From the NCBI GenBank assembly GCA_963742735.1, contig CAVUMN010000003.1, positions 512,001-576,000 on the forward strand: a stretch of DNA of 64,000 nucleotides. The letters run 5' to 3'. Positions 57,860 through 64,000 of the stretch are shown here, piece after piece; the stretch's first letter is position 1, and each line of letters begins with the position of its first letter. Under the pieces are notes generated by a model. That model ran no database searches. It was not told where the DNA came from and saw nothing but the letters and a program-made list of their open reading frames with translations. This stretch comes from an uncultured Actinomycetes bacterium (lineage in GTDB: Bacteria; Actinomycetota; UBA4738; JBBDTT01). The translations under genes and the position numbers were made by a program.

Positions 57860-58129
57860 GTGAAGCGGGCTCGGATTCTGGTGTCGGGAGAGGTCCAGGG
57901 AGTGGGTTTTCGTTGGATCTGCGCACAAGAGGCGAAGGCCCGCGGCGTCTCCGGATTCGTTCGCAACCTGCCCGACGGCCGGGTCGAGGCGGCGTTCGAG
58001 GGCCCGGACGAGGCCGTGGACGGAATGGTGCGGTGGGCACGGCAGGGGCCGAGCTGGGCACGGGTCAGCGGCGTCGACGTGGAGGACGAACCCGTCGCGG
58101 GCGATCCGGGCTTCGAGATCCGGCGATGA
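57860..58129 (+). CDS. acyP: Acylphosphatase
   Basis: SGEVQGVGFR...GFVRNLPDGRVE; leaderless TATTCT-N6-GTG. Confidence 0.92.
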   Translation: MKRARILVSGEVQGVGFRWICAQEAKARGVSGFVRNLPDGRVEAAFEGPDEAVDGMVRWARQGPSWARVSGVDVEDEPVAGDPGFEIRR

Positions 58130-58161
58130 ACGCACCCCCGGTCACTAGTTCTTCGGGGCCA

Positions 58162-58188
58162 CTCAAGCTCTCGCCGCCTGAGCCGATA
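58162..58188 (+). promoter_or_regulatory. Sigma28 (FliA/WhiG)-like promoter
   Basis: CTCAAG-N14-GCCGATA, same boxes and spacing as 50647-50673. Confidence 0.6.
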
Positions 58189-58261
58189 CGACTAGTGCGC
58201 CGCGAACACGCGGCGGACGGCAGGGCCGCCCGCGCCCCCTCGAGTGAAGGCGGTGCCCCCA

Positions 58262-60157
58262 ATGGGTCGGCGTGTTCCTGGTTCAGCGCCTCCTCGTCTC
58301 GTTCTTCTCTTGGCCCTCGCGGTTGGGCTCTCGGCCGGACTCCTGCCCGGCACGGCCAACGCCGCAAGCGGGGCGGACACGCCGCGGGCGGCGGGGCTCC
58401 CGGAGGATCACCCCGAGCGCGGCCTGGTCTACCGAGGCCTGCGCCCCGCGCGTGCGGACGGGCCGTGTCGCGGACACGGCTACGAGGTGGCCGACACGCG
58501 CGGCGAGACCAGCTGCACCCACGGCCCCGACGTCGCGCCGGCCGGGGTCGACGTTCGCGAGCGGCGCTCGACCGCGGAGATCGCCGCCGACGCGGCGGGC
58601 TCGGCGGCCGCCCAGGGAACCGCCCTCACCTGCATCGGCGACGGCGTGTCCGGCCCCCGGGTTCAGGCGGTGTACGCACGCGCGTCCAACGTGACGAGCC
58701 GCTACTCGAGCGTGCTCGCCTCGATCCGCAGCTACGCGGCCCAGATGGACGCCGACATCAACGCCTCGGCCGCGCAGACCGGCGGCACCCGCCATATCCG
58801 ATGGGTCACCGACGCGAGCTGTCAGCCGACGGTCCTGAACGTCACCCTCTCCACCGCGGGTGACGACGACGTCTACAAGACCCGCGACGAGCTCCGGGCC
58901 CAGGGCTACAACCGAACCGACCGGAAGTACGTCGTGTGGATGGACGCCAACGTCTACTGCGGGATCGGGTTCGTCGAGAACGACGACTCGGCGGGCTCCA
59001 CCAACCGCAACAACGGCATCGTCCAGGGGATGGTCGCCCGGGCCGACAACCAGTGCTGGGGCTCGGTCGAGAGCCACGAGCTGATGCACACCCTCGGGGG
59101 CGTGCAGCTCTCCGCGCCGCACACCACCGGTCTCTGGCACTGCTGGGACGAGTGGGACAAGATGTGTTACGCGGACGGCGGCTCGCACGGAATGATCTAC
59201 ACGTGCGGCTCCGACATGGGCCGGCTGTTCGACTGCGGACACGACGACTACTTCCACACGAACCCTCCGGCCGGCTCGTACCTGGCCACGCACTGGAACA
59301 CGGCGCGGAGCAGCTTCCTCGACGCAAGCGAGACGCCTCCGCCGCCTCCGCCCCCGTCAACCCAGACCCTCACGGTCTCACGCTCGGGCGCGGGGACCGG
59401 CACCATCACCAGCGTCCCGGCCGGGATCAACTGCGGCACGGACTGCACCCAGAGCTACACGTCCGGCACGGTGGTCACGCTGACGTCTCTTCCAAGCCCG
59501 GGCTCGGTCCTCTCCGGTTGGTCGGGGGCCTGCACGGGTCTCCCCGTGTGCGTGGTGACGATGTCCATCGCGAAGAGTGTGACGGCGACGTTCGGGCTCG
59601 GCACGCCGCCCCCGCCCCCTCCGCCGCCGCCGCCGACCGGCACCGTGGTCACCATGACCGACCTGGGCTACACACCGACCATCGTGAAACCCGCGCAGGG
59701 CACCGCCGTGACGTGGTCCTTCACCGGGCTGGGTACGCACGGGGTGATCGACAACAACGGGATGGCCCTCTACAGCTCGGGAGCGAAGCCCGCGGGGTCG
59801 ACCTTCGCTTTCACCTTCTCCGCGGCGGGGACCTACAACTACAAGGACCCCTACAACACCCTCCTGACGGGCCAGGTCAAGGTCCCGATGAAGGTGACGC
59901 CCGCCAGCGGAACCACCGCGACGCCCGTAACGGTCCGGTGGGCAAGCATGGCGACGTTCGCCCCCTGGGCGTTCGACGTACAGATCCGCCGGCCGGGTGG
60001 CCTGTGGGTGACGTTTCGGACGGCAGTGACCTACGCCTACGCGACGTTCACTCCGGATTCGGGAACCGGGACGTATTCGTTCCGCTCGCGTCTGCGCAAC
60101 ACCAGCACAGGCGCGGCTACGGGCTACTCGGCCGCGGGCTCTATCACGGTCTCCTAA
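58262..60157 (+). CDS. Secreted zinc metalloprotease-like protein with InlB-B-repeat-like, cupredoxin-like and FN3-like domains
   Basis: Signal peptide; HELMHTLGGVQLSAPH...DKMCY; GTGTITSVPAGINCG; AAGTYNY; poly-Pro linkers. Confidence 0.7.
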   Translation: MGRRVPGSAPPRLVLLLALAVGLSAGLLPGTANAASGADTPRAAGLPEDHPERGLVYRGLRPARADGPCRGHGYEVADTRGETSCTHGPDVAPAGVDVRERRSTAEIAADAAGSAAAQGTALTCIGDGVSGPRVQAVYARASNVTSRYSSVLASIRSYAAQMDADINASAAQTGGTRHIRWVTDASCQPTVLNVTLSTAGDDDVYKTRDELRAQGYNRTDRKYVVWMDANVYCGIGFVENDDSAGSTNRNNGIVQGMVARADNQCWGSVESHELMHTLGGVQLSAPHTTGLWHCWDEWDKMCYADGGSHGMIYTCGSDMGRLFDCGHDDYFHTNPPAGSYLATHWNTARSSFLDASETPPPPPPPSTQTLTVSRSGAGTGTITSVPAGINCGTDCTQSYTSGTVVTLTSLPSPGSVLSGWSGACTGLPVCVVTMSIAKSVTATFGLGTPPPPPPPPPPTGTVVTMTDLGYTPTIVKPAQGTAVTWSFTGLGTHGVIDNNGMALYSSGAKPAGSTFAFTFSAAGTYNYKDPYNTLLTGQVKVPMKVTPASGTTATPVTVRWASMATFAPWAFDVQIRRPGGLWVTFRTAVTYAYATFTPDSGTGTYSFRSRLRNTSTGAATGYSAAGSITVS

Positions 60158-60180
60158 CCGAGACCCCTCGGGCCTCATTC

Positions 60181-60223
60181 GGGGCCCCGGGAGCGAAAAC
60201 CCCCTCTTCGCTCCCGGGGCTCC
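60181..60223. terminator. GC-rich hairpin after the protease gene
   Basis: GCCCCGGGAGCGAA...TTCGCTCCCGGGGC. Confidence 0.55.
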
Positions 60224-60253
60224 GGGAGGCCGCTGCTAGGATCGCCCCCCAGA

Positions 60254-63200
60254 ATGTTCCTCCGGTCCCTCGACGTTCGCGGCTTCAAGTCGTTCGCGGA
60301 CCGCACCTCTCTCGAGTTCCAACCCGGCATCTCCGTCATCGTCGGGCCGAACGGTTCCGGCAAGTCGAACCTGGTCGACGCGATCACCTGGGTGCTCGGG
60401 GAGCAGGGACCTCGCGCGCTGCGCGGCGCCTCGATGGCCGACGTGATCTTCGCGGGATCGCCGGGCCGCCAGGGCCTGGGGATGGCGCAGGTCACGCTCG
60501 TCGTGGACAACAGCGCGGGGATCATCCCCGTCCCGCTCACCGAGATCGAGATCTCGCGCGCCGTCTATCGCTCGGGCGAGAGCCAGTACTTCGTCGGCGG
60601 CAGTCCCGCCCGTCTCCTGGACATCCAGGAGCTGCTCTCCGAGACCGGCATCGGCCGGGCCCTGCACACCGTGGTCGGCCAGAACCAGCTCGAGGACGTC
60701 CTCACCGCCCGGCCGGAGGAGCGCCGTCAATACATCGAGGAGGCCGCGGGCATCGCGAAGCACCGCCGGCGCCGGGAACGCGCCGAGCGCAAGCTCGCCT
60801 CGATCGAGCAGGACGTCCTCCGACTGCAGGACGTCCTCGCCGAGCTCCGCCGTCAGCTGAAGCCACTTCGCCAGCAAGCCGATATGGCGGCGCGGCACGA
60901 GTCGCTCACCACCGAGGCCGGGACGCTGGCCGTGCGCCTGGCCGCGGCCCGGCTCCGATCGCTCAACGAGGATCGAGAAGCTCGTCGGTCCGGGTGGGAG
61001 GAGGGCCAGGCCCGCCGTCGCGAGCGGGAGGAGGCCCTGGCCGCCCTCGACACCGCGCTCGCGGGCCTCGCCGAGCGGCGAGCGGCCGCGGACGAAGCGG
61101 TCGTCCGGGGGATCGCCGAGGCCGAGGCGGCGACGACCGCACGGTCCGAGGCCGAGTCGGTGCTGCGCGCCGCCGTCCGCGCCGAGGGCGAGGCTCGCGC
61201 GCGGCTCGCCGAGGCGGGGAACCGCTCGGGCCGCATCCTGTTGCTCTCGGCCGACCTCGAGCGAACCGAGGGCGCCATGGCAGAGGTCCGCGTAACGCTC
61301 GAGGCCCGCGCCGCGGAGCTGGAGGTCGCCGAGGCGGCCTACACCGCGGCCCGGGCCGAGCGCGAGGCCGCGGAGTCCTCCGCCCGGACGGCGCACGAGG
61401 AGTCCGCACGCCGCCGGGCCGAGGCGGACGCGCTGCAGCGAAGCCTGGACGGCTACGAGCGCGAGCGGGAGCGCCTGGACGCACAGATCGCCGACGTCGA
61501 CCGCCGGCTCACCGCCGGGGATGCGGAACGGGAGTCGCTCGACGCCGAGATCGAGCGGCTCGACGAGAAGGAGACGCCGCTCAGCAAGGAGCAGGCCCGC
61601 GTCGAGCGCGAGCGGGGAGCGCTCGTCGCCGAGGTGCGCGAGCTCGAGGAACGCGAGGCCAGGCTGGCCGCCCGCCTGGCGGGCGCCCGGGAGCGCATGG
61701 ATGCCCTGGCGGAGACGCCGGGACGCCGATACCTGCGGACGCGTCCGGGCCGGGCGGCGGGCACCCTGGCCGACTTGTTGAACGTCGAGGCCGGCTTCGA
61801 GCTCGCCGTGGAGGCCGCCCTCGGGCCGTTCGCGGACCTCGTCGTGCCGGACGCCGAGGCGTCGGCCCTGGAGGACCTGGACGCGGTCGCCGGCTCGGCG
61901 TTCGGGCTCGACCCGGTGGCCGACGCGTTGGTGCGCGACCCGGGCGACCGTCCGCTGCTCGAGGTGATCCGGCCGGATCCCCGGGCCGAGGCGATCGCGC
62001 GAGCCCTTCTCGGCTCGGCCTTCCTGGTGGATGACCTCGCCGCCGCCGCCGCGCGCCGGCGGCGGTACCCCGGCGCGACCTTCGTGACCCGGGACGGCCA
62101 CGCGGTCGGGCCCGTGGTGGCTCGCCGCGTCCAGGGGGCCGGGACGGGCGTTCGCGCCGCCGAGGAGGAGCGGGACGCCGTCGAGCAGGACCTGAAGAAC
62201 GTCCGCGAGGCCATGGCACGCCGTCGCGAGTCCCTCACGTCGATCGAGCGGGAGGCGTCACAGGTCGAGTCGAAGCTCGGCGAGGCGGACGCGCTGATCA
62301 CCGCGGCGGCCGACCGCATGGGCCGCATCTCGACCGACCTGGCAACCCTCGGCAGGGAGCGGGACGTTCTCGCCGAGCGGCTCACCGCCCTGGACGAGGC
62401 GGCCGCGTCGTGGCGCGACGCCCTGGCGGCCGTGCCTCCGCCGCCGCCCGAGCCCGCCGCGATGCCGCCGGCGCCGGAGGCGCCCATGGCCCTCCGTGTC
62501 GAGACCGAGTCCCTCCGCCGCGAGGGCGCCCGCCTGGAGACCTCCGCCGCCCGGGCCCGGGACGAGCTCGCGGTGCTGCGCGCCGAGGACCCCGCGAGCC
62601 TGCAGGCCGCGATGGAGCGGGCCATGGGCGAGCGGGCCGCCGCCGAGGCCGGGCTCGCCGCCGCCGCCGAACGGCTGGATGCCGCCGCGCGGGCTCGCGA
62701 TGCCGCCGCGGGGTCGGAGCGCGCGCTCCGCGAGGAGGAGGCCGAGGCCAACCGCCGGTGGCGGGAGGCCGCCGCCGACCTGGCCCGGCTTCGCGACGAG
62801 TACGAGGAGGCCGACCAGACGCGCCGTGACCTGGAGCGGCGCATCCAGGACGCCGAGCGGGTGCTGCGGGAGGGCCACGGCCGCGACCCGGCGGACGCGC
62901 TGGCCGAGCTCGCCGAGGAGGACACCGTCGAGAGCCTCGGGCGGCGGGCCGACCTGGTCGCCCGCAGGCTGGCGCTGCTCGGGCGGGTGAACCTGCTGGC
63001 CACCGACGAGTTCGGGGCCCTGCAAGAGCGCCACGACTTCATGACCCGCGAGCTCGACGACGTCCGCACCGCCCGCCGGGAGCTCCAGGAGGTCATCGCC
63101 GACATCGACCGGCGCATCGTGGAGAGCTTCGACCGCGCGTACCGCGACGTCGCCGAGAGCTTCGAGCAGCTGTTCGGACAGCTCTTCCCGGGCGGCGAGG

Positions 63201-63667
63201 GCCGGGTCGTCCTGACCGAGTCCGAGGACCTGCTGGCCACCGGGGTGGACATCGAGGCCCGCCCGGGCCGCAAGCGCGTCAAGCGTCTGTCGCTGCTGTC
63301 GGGCGGCGAGCGCGCCCTGACCGCCCTGTGCTTCCTCTTCTCGATCTTCCGGGCTCGGCCGAGCCCGTTCTACCTGCTGGACGAGGTCGAGGCCGCCCTC
63401 GACGACGTGAACCTCCACCGGTTCCTCGAGCTCATCCGGGGGTTCGCGCACGACTCCCAGGTCATCCTGGTCACCCACCAGAAGCGCACGATGGAGGTGG
63501 CCGACATCCTGTACGGCGTGTCCATGGGCAAGGACGGCTCCTCCCACGTGATCGCCCAGCGCATGGAGGCAACCTCGACGGCCGGCGTCCCGGAACCGGA
63601 GGGCCCGAGCGAAGCGAGGGCCTCGGCCGAGGAGGAACCCGCCAGGGACGCGGAGCCGATTCACTAG
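60254..63667 (+). CDS. smc: Chromosome segregation protein SMC
   Basis: GFKSF, GPNGSGKSN, hinge (AVEAALG), LSGGE, LDEVEAALD, VTH. Confidence 0.95.
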   Translation: MFLRSLDVRGFKSFADRTSLEFQPGISVIVGPNGSGKSNLVDAITWVLGEQGPRALRGASMADVIFAGSPGRQGLGMAQVTLVVDNSAGIIPVPLTEIEISRAVYRSGESQYFVGGSPARLLDIQELLSETGIGRALHTVVGQNQLEDVLTARPEERRQYIEEAAGIAKHRRRRERAERKLASIEQDVLRLQDVLAELRRQLKPLRQQADMAARHESLTTEAGTLAVRLAAARLRSLNEDREARRSGWEEGQARRREREEALAALDTALAGLAERRAAADEAVVRGIAEAEAATTARSEAESVLRAAVRAEGEARARLAEAGNRSGRILLLSADLERTEGAMAEVRVTLEARAAELEVAEAAYTAARAEREAAESSARTAHEESARRRAEADALQRSLDGYERERERLDAQIADVDRRLTAGDAERESLDAEIERLDEKETPLSKEQARVERERGALVAEVRELEEREARLAARLAGARERMDALAETPGRRYLRTRPGRAAGTLADLLNVEAGFELAVEAALGPFADLVVPDAEASALEDLDAVAGSAFGLDPVADALVRDPGDRPLLEVIRPDPRAEAIARALLGSAFLVDDLAAAAARRRRYPGATFVTRDGHAVGPVVARRVQGAGTGVRAAEEERDAVEQDLKNVREAMARRRESLTSIEREASQVESKLGEADALITAAADRMGRISTDLATLGRERDVLAERLTALDEAAASWRDALAAVPPPPPEPAAMPPAPEAPMALRVETESLRREGARLETSAARARDELAVLRAEDPASLQAAMERAMGERAAAEAGLAAAAERLDAAARARDAAAGSERALREEEAEANRRWREAAADLARLRDEYEEADQTRRDLERRIQDAERVLREGHGRDPADALAELAEEDTVESLGRRADLVARRLALLGRVNLLATDEFGALQERHDFMTRELDDVRTARRELQEVIADIDRRIVESFDRAYRDVAESFEQLFGQLFPGGEGRVVLTESEDLLATGVDIEARPGRKRVKRLSLLSGGERALTALCFLFSIFRARPSPFYLLDEVEAALDDVNLHRFLELIRGFAHDSQVILVTHQKRTMEVADILYGVSMGKDGSSHVIAQRMEATSTAGVPEPEGPSEARASAEEEPARDAEPIH

Positions 63668-63697
63668 GCTTCGGAGGTCGTGCCGAGTGGGGTGGCC

Positions 63698-64000
63698 GTG
63701 GAGATCCTGATCGTCGTCGGGCTCGTGGTGGTCCTCGCGGCCGCCGTGGTCCTGGTTCGGGTCCGGGGCAGGACCCCGGCGCCGAAGGCGCCCCGTCCAC
63801 CGAAGGCGCCGAAGCCCCCGGCCGCCCCGGCGCCCGTCCCCGTTCCCGAGGCGGTCCCCGAGGCTCGCGGCCTCGGGGGGCGGGTTCGCGCCCTCCTGGG
63901 CCGCGCCCCCGAGCCCGACGCCTGGCCGAAGCTCGAGGACCTGCTCGTGCGGGCCGACGTCGGGCCCGCGGCTGCCTCCCGTCTGGTCGAGCGAGTTCGA
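63698..64000 (+). CDS. ftsY: SRP receptor FtsY (5' part, runs off the window)
   Basis: N-terminal TM, Pro-rich linker, WPKLEDLLVRADVG; follows smc. Confidence 0.8.
   Translation, partial: MEILIVVGLVVVLAAAVVLVRVRGRTPAPKAPRPPKAPKPPAAPAPVPVPEAVPEARGLGGRVRALLGRAPEPDAWPKLEDLLVRADVGPAAASRLVERVR

Noticed and set aside
59336-59636. CCG/CCC-rich repeats
   Set aside because: They encode poly-Pro interdomain linkers, not an independent repeat element.

Overview
High-GC actinobacterial chromosome segment following the conserved core order serA-ilvE-FAH-gltX-tRNA(Glu/Gln)-HU-cofC-plsC-gpsA-ddl-Lrp-thiL-thiD-rpmB-DAK2-recG-rsmD-coaD-yceD-rpmF-rnc-mutM-acyP-smc-ftsY, interspersed with accessory genes (AraC/VOC/MFS/DUF1801 cassette, sugar ABC transporter lacking a binding protein, SDR/GH15 stress genes, two TIR-transmembrane proteins, several large secreted proteins). 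The most striking locus is 26134-26720. An intact tRNA-Gln(CTG) sits back-to-back with an inverted 3' half of a different tRNA-Gln allele that breaks off at the anticodon. It is overlapped antisense by a Zn-finger/HNH endonuclease gene with a leaderless PafBC/RecA-NDp-like promoter, suggesting an integrase-free tRNA-homing or invertible cassette. Other signals: a 28-bp operator-like repeat inside an AraC gene, a repeated sigma28-like promoter (CTCAAG-N14-GCCGATA) ahead of unannotated small ORFs, an Fpg lacking its catalytic N-terminal Pro, a tandem Lrp ligand-binding-domain duplication, a decayed islet at tRNA-Glu and candidate non-canonical start codons. All calls come from reading the sequence; no searches were run.
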